32,000 nt of DNA. Origin: Sedimentisphaera cyanobacteriorum (lineage in GTDB: Bacteria > Planctomycetota > Phycisphaerae > Sedimentisphaerales > Sedimentisphaeraceae). The position numbers and the translations under genes were made by a program. Shown piece after piece: positions 24,696 to 32,000 of this stretch; the stretch's first letter is position 1, and every line of letters starts with the position of its first letter. The notes beneath the pieces are model-generated. The model made no database searches. It saw only the letters and a list, made by a program, of their open reading frames with translations, and was not told the DNA's origin. Where the stretch lies: assembly GCF_001997385.1 (NCBI RefSeq), contig NZ_CP019633.1, forward strand, positions 630,001 through 662,000, in the 5' to 3' direction.

Positions 24696-25369
24696 ATAAT
24701 ATCGGAGTCCGTTTTAAGAGAACTTTTTTCTTTTATTGGCTTGCAAAGCTCAGTACCACGGCATTTATGCGAATCTTTTATCGCGTGCGGGTGAAGGGCA
24801 AAGAAAATCTTCCCGACAAGGGGGCCTTCATTATGGTTTCAAACCATCAGAGCTTCTTAGACCCAATGCTCGCTGTGATGTTTACGTGGCGGGTTATATT
24901 CTTTCTTGCAAGAGATACGCTTTTCAAAGGCCTTTTCGGTCAGCTCCTCTTGAAGCTGAATACAAGACCCGTAAAAAGGGGCGAGAGCGACCTTAAGGCA
25001 ATGCGCACTATGATAGACATACTGCAAAGGGGATACGGAACCTGTATTTATCCCGAAGGCACGAGAACGCCCGACGGACGTATTGCAGAGATTAAGCCGG
25101 GATTCCTGCTTCTTGCCAGAAAGACAAAAGCTCCTGTTATCCCGTTTGTTATAGAAGGTCTTCATGAGATATGGCCGAAAAAACAGAGCAAACCGAATCT
25201 CTCCGGCAGGGTTATGGTGGAAATTGGCGAGCCTGTACCTTATGAGAAGATTAAGGAGCAGGGAGCGGAGAATTTTGCCAAATGGCTTACCGATAAAATC
25301 AGGCAGATGCAGAACGACGCAAGGGTTGAGCTGGGCAAAGAACCTTTCGATTATGAGGCGCTTAGCTGA
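24692..25369 (+). CDS. plsC: 1-acyl-sn-glycerol-3-phosphate acyltransferase
   Basis: HX4D motif (SNHQSFLDP) and YPEGTRT motif. ATGA start/stop overlap with cmk. Confidence 0.88.
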   Translation: MNNIGVRFKRTFFFYWLAKLSTTAFMRIFYRVRVKGKENLPDKGAFIMVSNHQSFLDPMLAVMFTWRVIFFLARDTLFKGLFGQLLLKLNTRPVKRGESDLKAMRTMIDILQRGYGTCIYPEGTRTPDGRIAEIKPGFLLLARKTKAPVIPFVIEGLHEIWPKKQSKPNLSGRVMVEIGEPVPYEKIKEQGAENFAKWLTDKIRQMQNDARVELGKEPFDYEALS

Positions 25370-25375
25370 ATTTAT

Positions 25376-25408
25376 AATGCACCGTATCTTGCATTTTTTC
25401 TTTTTTTC
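25376..25408 (+). terminator. Weak AT-rich terminator after plsC
   Basis: AATGCA (25376-25381) pairs with TGCATT (25390-25395) around an 8-nt loop, followed by TTTTCTTTTTTTC. The stem is short. Confidence 0.3.
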
Positions 25409-25416
25409 AATAAAAT
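25389..25416 (+). promoter_or_regulatory. Candidate pdxJ promoter: TTGCAT-N16-TAAAAT
   Basis: -35 at 25389-25394 and -10 at 25411-25416, 26 nt upstream of the pdxJ ATG and before the SD. Confidence 0.35.
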
Positions 25417-25442
25417 ATCATTTTTGAAGGCTTGGAGAATAT

Positions 25443-26150
25443 ATGGCATTGCTAAACGTAAATATAGACCACGTGGCTACAATTCGTCAGGCACGCGGCA
25501 CAGACGAACCTGATCCCGTTTGGGCGGCTTCAATCTGCGAGCTTGCAGGGGCTAACGGGATTACAACGCACCTCCGAGAAGACCGGAGGCATATATGCGA
25601 CAGGGATGTAAGACTGCTCAAGCAGACAGTTGCAGCGCTGTTCAATCTCGAGATGTCCATTGCGGAAGATATCGTTGAGACAGCTCTGGAGCTCGTTCCC
25701 GATCAGGTTACGATTGTCCCGGAACGCAGGCAGGAGCTTACCACTGAAGGCGGGCTTGACTGCGCGGGAAATTTCAAGAATATACAAAAACAAATTCAAA
25801 AAATTACGGATAAAAATATTCCAGCCAGCGCTTTTGTCATCCCCGAAAGGGATCAGATCAAGGCGGCTATGGATTTAGGCTTTGAGGCGGTTGAGCTGCA
25901 TACCGGGCCTTACGCTCAGGCATCTTTTGCTGAAAAGTCCGGTGAGCTTGACAGAATCAGAGCATCCGTTGATTATGCCCGAGGCCTTGGCCTTACAGTT
26001 CACGCAGGCCACGGGCTGACATACAGAAATGTTGCCCCTGTTTCGGCAGTTGAAGGCATAAGCGAGCTGAACATAGGGCACAGCATAATTTCAAGGGCGG
26101 TTATTTACGGCTTGGAAAAGGCTGTTCGGGATATGACAGCCCTGCTGTAA
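25443..26150 (+). CDS. pdxJ: Pyridoxine 5'-phosphate synthase
   Basis: Motifs LNVNIDHVATIRQARGT.EPDP, THLREDRRHI, VELHTG, HAGHGL. SD GGAGAA at 25434-25439. Confidence 0.93.
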   Translation: MALLNVNIDHVATIRQARGTDEPDPVWAASICELAGANGITTHLREDRRHICDRDVRLLKQTVAALFNLEMSIAEDIVETALELVPDQVTIVPERRQELTTEGGLDCAGNFKNIQKQIQKITDKNIPASAFVIPERDQIKAAMDLGFEAVELHTGPYAQASFAEKSGELDRIRASVDYARGLGLTVHAGHGLTYRNVAPVSAVEGISELNIGHSIISRAVIYGLEKAVRDMTALL

Positions 26151-26188
26151 TTGGTAATTATTTAAAATAGAGCTTAATGGAGAAGAAT

Positions 26189-27061
26189 ATGTTTAAAGGT
26201 TCAATGGTAGCCCTCGTTACTCCTTTTAAAGATAATCAGGTAGATTTTTCGTGCCTCGAGAAGCTGATAGAAATGCACGCAGAGGCAGGCACAGACGGCC
26301 TTGTTCCCGTTGGAACTACAGGCGAATCTCCCACGCTCTCAAATGAAGAGCATAAAAAGGTAATCGAATTTGTTGTTAAAAAATCAGCAGGCAGGATGCC
26401 TGTGATAGCAGGCGCAGGGGCAAACAGCACACAGGAAGCTGTAGAGCTCACTGAATTTGCAGAAGGCGTTGGAGCCGATGCTACGCTTCAGGTTTGCCCG
26501 TACTATAATAAGCCCACACAGGAAGGCCTTTACAGGCATTTCGAAGCAATAGCAGAAGGTGTTGATCTGCCTGTTGTGCTGTACAATATTCCGGGCAGAA
26601 CCGGAGGCAGCGGGCTCAGCGCAGAAACTGTCGCAAAGCTCAGCGAGCTGAAGAATGTGGCTGCAATCAAAGAAGCCACAGGCAGTATGGATCAGGCGAG
26701 CAAAATTAAATCGCTCTGCGATATTACAATACTATCAGGCGACGATTCGCTCACCCTACCGCTTTGTGCTGTAGGAGGTGAGGGCGTTATAAGCGTTGCG
26801 GCGAATATCGTTCCGAAGGATGTTAAGAGGTTTATGGATTATGTGCTGGAAGGCGATTTTATAAACGCAAGAAAGTGGCACTTTAAGCTCTTTGAGCTGA
26901 GCAAATCTATGCTTGGCCTCTCTACCAATCCGATACCTGTGAAGGCTGCTATGGCTATGCTCGGTATGATTGAAGATGAGATCAGGCTGCCCATGACACA
27001 CCTCGATCAGGAAAGCTGCGCAAAGCTCAAGCAGGCTCTGAGCGATTACGGTCTTCTGTGA
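26189..27061 (+). CDS. dapA: 4-hydroxy-tetrahydrodipicolinate synthase
   Basis: Motifs MFKGSMVALVTPF, GTTGESPTLS, YYNKPTQEGLYRHF, YNIPGRTG, IKEATG. The ATG at 26189 has GGAG 6 nt upstream. The ATG at 26177 is the alternative. Confidence 0.92.
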   Translation: MFKGSMVALVTPFKDNQVDFSCLEKLIEMHAEAGTDGLVPVGTTGESPTLSNEEHKKVIEFVVKKSAGRMPVIAGAGANSTQEAVELTEFAEGVGADATLQVCPYYNKPTQEGLYRHFEAIAEGVDLPVVLYNIPGRTGGSGLSAETVAKLSELKNVAAIKEATGSMDQASKIKSLCDITILSGDDSLTLPLCAVGGEGVISVAANIVPKDVKRFMDYVLEGDFINARKWHFKLFELSKSMLGLSTNPIPVKAAMAMLGMIEDEIRLPMTHLDQESCAKLKQALSDYGLL

Positions 27062-27113
27062 TAAAATAGAGTAATATATTCTGGTAAAAGTTGTTATTCC
27101 GGCGGCATTTTAT

Positions 27114-27845
27114 ATGGAGAGAGTAATAACTCTAACGTCCGGAGATAATTATATTTATCTCTATGTATATAATGATGATGAGGCATTTGTTGTTGACCCG
27201 GGCTCTTATGCCCCTGTTTCCGAGGCTGTTGAGTCTTGCGGGCTGAGTCTGCGGTATATATTCCTAACTCATCACCATCTAGACCATACAGGCGGGATAG
27301 GCAAGCTCAGGAAAAAAACTAAAAGCTGGATTTTTCCGGACGAGTTAGACTCTCCCCCTCAGCTTCCTGAGACCAGAGTGGATGTTATACCTACCCCTGG
27401 CCATACTAAAGACTCAATTTGTATCCTCTTGAGGAGGCAGGACGGCAGCCCTGACATTCTTTTCACCGGCGACACACTCTTTATAGGCGGATGCGGGAGA
27501 CCTATTGAGTGCAGAGCCAAAACGCTTTGGCAGTCTTTGGAAAAAATTGCTTCCCTCCCGGAAGATACCCTGATTTGTCCCGGCCATAATTACACTGCAG
27601 AGAACTGCCGATTTGGACTGTCTGTTCAGCCAGATAATGAGCTTCTCAAACAGAGGCTTCAAAAGGCAAGGAAGGCCGATATCGACGGAATTGGGCTTGT
27701 ACCTTCAACAGTGAGCGAGGAAAAGCAGACAAACATCTTTATGCGTGCAGGCGAGGAGGATGTCAAGGCAGCTTTGGGTATGCAAGGGGCAGCTTCCGTT
27801 GAAGTTTTCGAGGCTCTCAGGAAAAGGAAGAACCGCTTTGGCTGA
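27114..27845 (+). CDS. gloB: MBL-fold hydrolase, hydroxyacylglutathione hydrolase (glyoxalase II)-like
   Basis: Motifs THHHLDHTGG (HxHxDH), TPGHT, GDTLFIGGCGR, PGHNYT, EKQTNIFMR. Confidence 0.8.
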   Translation: MERVITLTSGDNYIYLYVYNDDEAFVVDPGSYAPVSEAVESCGLSLRYIFLTHHHLDHTGGIGKLRKKTKSWIFPDELDSPPQLPETRVDVIPTPGHTKDSICILLRRQDGSPDILFTGDTLFIGGCGRPIECRAKTLWQSLEKIASLPEDTLICPGHNYTAENCRFGLSVQPDNELLKQRLQKARKADIDGIGLVPSTVSEEKQTNIFMRAGEEDVKAALGMQGAASVEVFEALRKRKNRFG

Positions 27846-27980
27846 ATCTATACTCCTGCATTCATTATTGGCTTAATTAAATATAAAGTTTTTCTCACTG
27901 CTGAAAATCTCGGATAGGCATTTGTCATTTACTGCAATTTGCTTGCTTGTTTTAATGCGAGTTTCTCGCCGTGATTTGAA

Positions 27981-28676
27981 CTAAAGATATCTCTCGCCGA
28001 GCAGTTCTCCCTCAAGCCCGATTGTTACCTCTCTTAAAACAGTGCCTGTTCCGGCAGCATCTCTTGCCTTTTCCACTAAAGCGGTAAGGCCGCTGCAGCA
28101 GGGCACTTCCATTCGGGCAATCGTTACACTGCGAGGCTCTGCGGCTGCGAAAAGTTCGGTCAGTTTTTCCTCATAGCCCTCAGTCCTGTCGAGCTTCGGG
28201 CAGGCAATTGCCAGCGATTTGCCTTTGAGCAGAAACTGATGAAAGCTTCCGAAAGAAAAAGCCGTGCAGCTTGCAGCAATCAGAACATCAGCATTTACAA
28301 ACTGCTCAGCATCAGGGCGGATTAAGTGCAGCTGTATAGGCCATGCATCAAGGGCAGAATTTGTTTGCGAAGGTGAAGGGTTCTTAGGACGGTTTTGAGA
28401 GAACCTCTTATTCTGCATTGAAGGGCAGCCACCGCTTTTAGGCTCATTTTTAGGGTGCTCAGAATTATTTACTTCTGCTTCCGCCTCTTCAAATGTAATT
28501 GCACCAGCCGGGCATTTGCCTATGCAGCGTCCGAGATGGTCGCAGTAGTCTTCGCGGACAAGCTTGGCCTTACCGTCAACCATCTCCAGAGCGCCGCCTT
28601 GGCATACATTTACGCACTGCTCGCAGCCGATGCATTTTTCTTCGTCTATAACTATTTTTGTTTTTGCTGCACTCAT
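27981..28676 (-). CDS. 4Fe-4S dicluster domain protein with an uncharacterised Cys-containing C-terminal domain
   Basis: Two ferredoxin motifs (CIGCEQCVNVC...CP and CDHLGRCIGKCP). Low-complexity linker. C-terminal WPIQLHLI...AASCTAF...IACPKLD...MEVPCCSGL. Purine-rich SD upstream. Confidence 0.85.
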   Translation of the reverse strand: MSAAKTKIVIDEEKCIGCEQCVNVCQGGALEMVDGKAKLVREDYCDHLGRCIGKCPAGAITFEEAEAEVNNSEHPKNEPKSGGCPSMQNKRFSQNRPKNPSPSQTNSALDAWPIQLHLIRPDAEQFVNADVLIAASCTAFSFGSFHQFLLKGKSLAIACPKLDRTEGYEEKLTELFAAAEPRSVTIARMEVPCCSGLTALVEKARDAAGTGTVLREVTIGLEGELLGERYL

Positions 28677-28723
28677 ATTACTCTTTCTTAAAGCAAATAA
28701 TTAAATTAAATCTTAAGCAAAAA

Positions 28724-28758
28724 AGTATGACTAACTTGGTCATATATAGAGTCATACT
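28724..28758. promoter_or_regulatory. 9-bp inverted repeat AGTATGACT-N17-AGTCATACT upstream of the 4Fe-4S protein gene
   Basis: Perfect arms at 28724-28732 and 28750-28758. A third GTCATA copy at 28739-28744 lies in the spacer. The element is 48-82 nt upstream of the - strand ATG at 28676. Confidence 0.3.
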
Positions 28759-28998
28759 ATTCATACCAATCCTTTGTTCAAAGGAATTTTTGGAAAAATC
28801 ATAAAGTTAAATATTCATTGAATAAATATTTCACCAACATTGAGATTTTCAAAGCAGACGTTATGTGGTTTATCTTGTTAATAATTGACACGAAAATTTT
28901 TTAAATTTTTCTTAAAGCCATAATCTAATTTATATTTGATATAAAGCATTGCTATGCAACAGTTTACGACTTTATGCTACAACATTTCAGCTTGCGTA

Positions 28999-29017
28999 TT
29001 GTGAAATAAATGAACAA
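28999..29017. promoter_or_regulatory. Imperfect Rex-like site TTGTGAA-ATAAA-TGAACAA
   Basis: The left half matches the remembered TTGTGAA half-site exactly. The right half is degenerate and the spacer is one nt longer. It overlaps the spacer and -10 of the upstream promoter candidate. Confidence 0.25.
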
Positions 29018-29045
29018 TAAAGCAAAAATATCAAACAAAAAAGTG

Positions 29046-29073
29046 TTGCGTACGAACATATCATTGATAAGAT
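29046..29073 (+). promoter_or_regulatory. Candidate adhE promoter: TTGCGT-N16-TAAGAT
   Basis: -35 at 29046-29051 and -10 at 29068-29073. A second TTGCGT (28992-28997) with N17 and CAATAA (29015-29020) may be a tandem upstream promoter. Confidence 0.3.
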
Positions 29074-29081
29074 ATTATCAA
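29064..29081. promoter_or_regulatory. Perfect 18-bp palindrome TTGATAA-GATA-TTATCAA: candidate repressor operator with Rex-like geometry
   Basis: 7-bp arms and a 4-bp spacer. It overlaps the candidate -10 and lies 69-86 nt upstream of the adhE ATG. Each half differs at one position from the remembered clostridial Rex half-site TTGTTAA. Confidence 0.35.
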
Positions 29082-29149
29082 ACTTATAAGATGTTAATCA
29101 TTTTTACAATGCAATTTGTACTATGCAGTTATGAAAGGAAGAAGATAGA

Positions 29150-31714
29150 ATGAGTGAAGCGTTGAACAAAATTATCACTAAAGCCAAAAAGGCGCAGGAG
29201 ACGTTTGCCGGCTTCGATCAGGAAAAGGTTGACAAGATCTTCCACAAAGCAGCAGTTGCGGCGAATGATGCGAGAATTCCGCTTGCCAAGCTGGCCGCTG
29301 AAGAAACGGGTATGGGTGTATTTGAAGACAAAGTTATCAAAAACCACTTTGCCAGCGAATTCGTTTACAACAAATTCCGCGACACTAAAACCTGCGGGAT
29401 AATCGAACGCGATGAAGACAGCGGTATTGTTAAAGTAGCAGAGCCGGTGGGTGTAATCGGAGGGATCATCCCCACCACCAACCCCACATCTACCGCAATA
29501 TTCAAATCTCTGCTGGCTTTGAAAACGAGAAACGCCATTATCTTTTCCCCGCACCCGCGAGCGAAGAAATGCACTGTGGAATCAGCCAAAACAATTCTCA
29601 ATGCGGCAGTTTCTGCGGGCGCACCTGACGGGCTTATAGCCTGGATCGAAGAGCCCACAGTGGATCTGAGCCGTGAGCTTATGACCCACCCTGATATCGC
29701 AATGATCCTCGCTACTGGCGGGGGCGGTATGGTGAAAGCAGCCTATTCTTCCGGTAAACCTGCTATAGGCGTGGGAAGCGGTAACACTCCAGTTGTTATA
29801 GATGAAACCTGCGATATCGAGATGACAGTGAGCTCTGTGCTTTTGAGCAAGACTTTTGATAACGGGCTGATATGTGCATCTGAGCAGTCTATAATCGTAT
29901 GCGAAGAGGTTTACGATAAGGTAAAAAAAGAGCTTGAGATTAGAGGTGCTCATCTGCTGAGCAAAAAAGACAAAAAGCTTATGGCTGATACTATCGTAAT
30001 CGACGGGAAGCTCAATACGAAGATTGTAGGCCAGCCGGCTGCCAAAATTGCCGAGATGGGCGGGGTGAAGGTAAACGAGGATGCCAAGGTTCTCGTTGCA
30101 GAGGCAGAAAAAATCGGCGACAGCGAACCTTTCAGCCGCGAGAAGCTCTCTCCAGTGCTCGGAATGTTTAAGGCAAAAGACTACGCCGAGGCTCTTGAAA
30201 AGGCGGAGGCTATGGTTCAGTACGGTGGAATGGGGCATACCTCTGTGCTCTATACAGACCCTGCAAATCAAGACAGGATACAGCAGTTCGGCAGGCGCAT
30301 GAAAACCGGCAGAACGCTTGTTAATATGCCTTCTTCTCAGGGTGCGATAGGCGATCTGTACAACTTCAAGCTCGAGCCTTCACTAACCCTCGGCTGCGGC
30401 AGCTGGGGCGGAAACAGTGTCAGTGAAAATGTAGGTGTCAAGCATCTGTTGAACGTAAAAACTATTGCTGAGAGGAGAGAAAATATGCTCTGGTTTAAAG
30501 TGCCGCCTCAGGTTTACTTCAAATATAACTGCCTTGAAACGGCCCTTGGCGAAATCTCAGACCATAAGCGGGCTGTCCTTGTTACAGATAAGCCGCTTGT
30601 TGAGCTGGGGATTACCGATAAGGTTACAAGCGTGCTGGAAAAGCTGGGGATTGAATGCGAAATCTTTTACGATGTAAAGCCGGACCCAGATCTTTCTACT
30701 GTACGCAGGGGGCTGGATGTATTCAACAGCTTCAAACCAGATACCGTAATCGCTCTTGGAGGCGGGTCTCCGATAGATGCTGCGAAGATTATGTGGATGA
30801 TGTATGAGTATCCCGATATCCAGTTCAAAGACCTTGCAATGCGGTTTATGGATATACGCAAGAGGATTGTGAAATTCCCCGAGATGGGCAAGAAGGCAAC
30901 TATGGTGGCAATTCCCACTACCAGCGGGACAGGCTCTGAGGTAACTCCGTTCTCAGTTATCACCGACGATACTGAGGGGATTAAGTATCCGATTGCCGAT
31001 TATGAGCTTACGCCGGATATGGCGATTGTAGATGCAGCCCTCGTGATGAGTATGCCAAAAGGCCTAACTGCTGCCTCTGGGATTGATGCGGTTACCCACG
31101 CAATCGAAGCGATCGCGGCGGTTACTGCTACAGACTATACTAACGGGCTCGCGATGGAGAGTCTGCGTATTCTGTTCAAGTATCTACCTATTGCGTACAA
31201 CGAAGGCAATACCAACGTAAAGGCTAGAGAAAAGGTTCACAACGCTGCAACTATGGCGGGTATGGCCTTTGCCAACGCATTCCTCGGCCTTTGCCACTCT
31301 ATGGCGCACAAGCTCGGGTCTGCGTTCCATATTCCGCACGGCGTTGCAAATGCGATCCTTATACCGCACGTGATCCGGTATAACGCAACCGATAAGCCTC
31401 TAAAACAGGCAGCATTCTCACAGTACACCCATCCGGTGGCTAAGATGAGATATGCTAAGATTGCAGATTATCTCTGCCTTGGCGGAAAGAGCGAAGACGA
31501 GAAGATCGAAAAGCTTATTGCTAAAATAAAAGAGCTCAGCAGGGCGGTTGACATCCCTGAAACAATCTCTGACTGCGGCGTGAGCGAGAAAGACTTCAAC
31601 AACCGCATACAGAAGCTCAGTGAATCTGCATTTGATGATCAGTGTACCGGAACGAATCCGAGATACCCGCTCATCAGCGAAATAGAAGAGCTTTATCGCT
31701 CTGCTTTCAAATAA
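29150..31714 (+). CDS. adhE: Bifunctional acetaldehyde-CoA/alcohol dehydrogenase
   Basis: 854 aa. N-terminal ALDH domain (PTTNPTSTAIFK, catalytic Cys context FDNGLICASEQS). C-terminal Fe-ADH domain (GGGSPIDAAK, His-rich metal site HSMAHKLG...HG). Confidence 0.95.
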   Translation: MSEALNKIITKAKKAQETFAGFDQEKVDKIFHKAAVAANDARIPLAKLAAEETGMGVFEDKVIKNHFASEFVYNKFRDTKTCGIIERDEDSGIVKVAEPVGVIGGIIPTTNPTSTAIFKSLLALKTRNAIIFSPHPRAKKCTVESAKTILNAAVSAGAPDGLIAWIEEPTVDLSRELMTHPDIAMILATGGGGMVKAAYSSGKPAIGVGSGNTPVVIDETCDIEMTVSSVLLSKTFDNGLICASEQSIIVCEEVYDKVKKELEIRGAHLLSKKDKKLMADTIVIDGKLNTKIVGQPAAKIAEMGGVKVNEDAKVLVAEAEKIGDSEPFSREKLSPVLGMFKAKDYAEALEKAEAMVQYGGMGHTSVLYTDPANQDRIQQFGRRMKTGRTLVNMPSSQGAIGDLYNFKLEPSLTLGCGSWGGNSVSENVGVKHLLNVKTIAERRENMLWFKVPPQVYFKYNCLETALGEISDHKRAVLVTDKPLVELGITDKVTSVLEKLGIECEIFYDVKPDPDLSTVRRGLDVFNSFKPDTVIALGGGSPIDAAKIMWMMYEYPDIQFKDLAMRFMDIRKRIVKFPEMGKKATMVAIPTTSGTGSEVTPFSVITDDTEGIKYPIADYELTPDMAIVDAALVMSMPKGLTAASGIDAVTHAIEAIAAVTATDYTNGLAMESLRILFKYLPIAYNEGNTNVKAREKVHNAATMAGMAFANAFLGLCHSMAHKLGSAFHIPHGVANAILIPHVIRYNATDKPLKQAAFSQYTHPVAKMRYAKIADYLCLGGKSEDEKIEKLIAKIKELSRAVDIPETISDCGVSEKDFNNRIQKLSESAFDDQCTGTNPRYPLISEIEELYRSAFK

Positions 31715-31761
31715 CAGCAGACTGATTCGTAAGATTCAGAGAAAATAGATTCTCCACCAAA

Positions 31762-31787
31762 AAAGCCCCGCTTATCGGCGGGGCTTT
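31762..31787. terminator. Bidirectional rho-independent terminator between convergent adhE and galE
   Basis: AAAGCCCCGC (31762-31771) pairs with GCGGGGCTTT (31778-31787), loop TTATCG. A-run upstream and T-run downstream. Confidence 0.75.
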
Positions 31788-31817
31788 GCTTATGCGCTTT
31801 GAAAAGATTTACAGCTC

Positions 31818-32000
31818 TCAGCCGCTGTAGCCGCTGGGGCGGGCTGAGTGGAATTTCCAAGCTGTTTCTACAATATCCTCGAGATTTGTCCATTTCGGTT
31901 TCCAGCCGAGCTGTGTTTGAGCCTTTGTGGAATCTGCTGTGAGAACAGCAGGGTCTCCGGGCCGGCGGTCGGTTTCGGTTACCTTGAAATCTTTACCCGA
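31818..32000 (-). CDS. galE: UDP-glucose 4-epimerase, C-terminal fragment (5' end outside the window)
   Basis: Hand translation of the - strand from the window edge gives [60 protein letters not shown], stop at 31820-31818. RRxGDPA...A...LGW.P is the GalE C-terminal signature. The ORF listed at 31693-31893 is in a different frame and is spurious. Confidence 0.8.
   Translation of the reverse strand, partial: SGKDFKVTETDRRPGDPAVLTADSTKAQTQLGWKPKWTNLEDIVETAWKFHSARPSGYSG

Noticed and set aside
29010-29153. 47-codon uORF (MNNKAKISNKKVLRTNISLIRYYQTYKMLIIFTMQFVLCSYERKKIE) whose TGA overlaps the adhE ATG in an ATGA arrangement.
   Set aside because: An open frame of this length in stop-rich AT-rich DNA, together with the ATGA junction, caught my eye. 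However, there is no SD. The ATG lies inside or upstream of both promoter candidates, so it would probably not be on the adhE mRNA. The Lys/Asn/Ile/Tyr-rich composition is what translating AT-rich spacer DNA gives. It is worth only a quick conservation check.
29582-30271. 229-aa ORF antisense to adhE. Similar antisense ORFs lie at 16408-16899 and 29129-29554.
   Set aside because: All are opposite strongly supported genes, with no family resemblance.
1-32000. Search for CRISPR arrays, tRNA/rRNA genes, IS elements, integrases, toxin-antitoxin pairs or known defence modules.
   Set aside because: I saw no regularly spaced direct repeats, no cloverleaf-like or rRNA-like segments in the spacers, and no transposase, recombinase, nuclease or ATPase signatures in any ORF. 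This was a reading by eye, so short or degenerate elements could have been missed.

Overview
The window reads as ordinary chromosomal DNA, mostly housekeeping genes, from an anaerobic fermentative bacterium. Gene content is reminiscent of the PVC group (Planctomycetota/Phycisphaerae-like): V-type ATPase, AdhE, DUF1573, and dockerin-like Ca-binding tags on secreted enzymes. That placement is a guess from memory and was not verified. Coding density is high and the intergenic spacers look markedly AT-rich by eye (not computed).

I support 30 protein-coding genes. On the + strand: the distal V-ATPase genes (A fragment, B, D), a secreted dockerin-like/PASTA/FGE-sulfatase-domain fusion protein, a tight run kdsA-radical SAM-rrf2-cysK-cysE, then nadA and a DUF1573 protein. 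On the - strand: leuA-leuC, an S8 subtilase, an orphan beta-propeller protein, a two-gene DUF1015/class V aminotransferase unit, and an M60 (enhancin/TCAF-like) metallopeptidase. These are followed by mipA (+), a translationally coupled CDF transporter/TIGR02757 pair (-), cmk-plsC, pdxJ, dapA and gloB (+), a 4Fe-4S protein (-), adhE (+) and a galE 3' fragment (-).

I saw no rRNA, tRNA, CRISPR array, transposase, integrase or recognisable defence or toxin module. I cannot point to a clear-cut novel multi-gene system.

The most interesting signals are small or regulatory:
- A 24-codon, leucine-codon-rich mini-ORF (four consecutive Leu codons) with hairpins and a U-rich tract sits between a sigma70-like promoter and leuA. 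This is a candidate leader-peptide attenuator.
- The self-contained DUF1015/aminotransferase unit has a repeated GCTTGT motif in its leader.
- The secreted PASTA/FGE fusion and the dockerin-like tag it shares with the S8 protease.
- A 473-nt AT-rich adhE control region carries an 18-bp perfect palindrome with Rex-operator geometry.
- The cluster kdsA-rSAM-rrf2-cysK-cysE-nadA has an Fe-S/cysteine theme.

All functional calls come from reading the translated ORFs against remembered family motifs. No database search was run.
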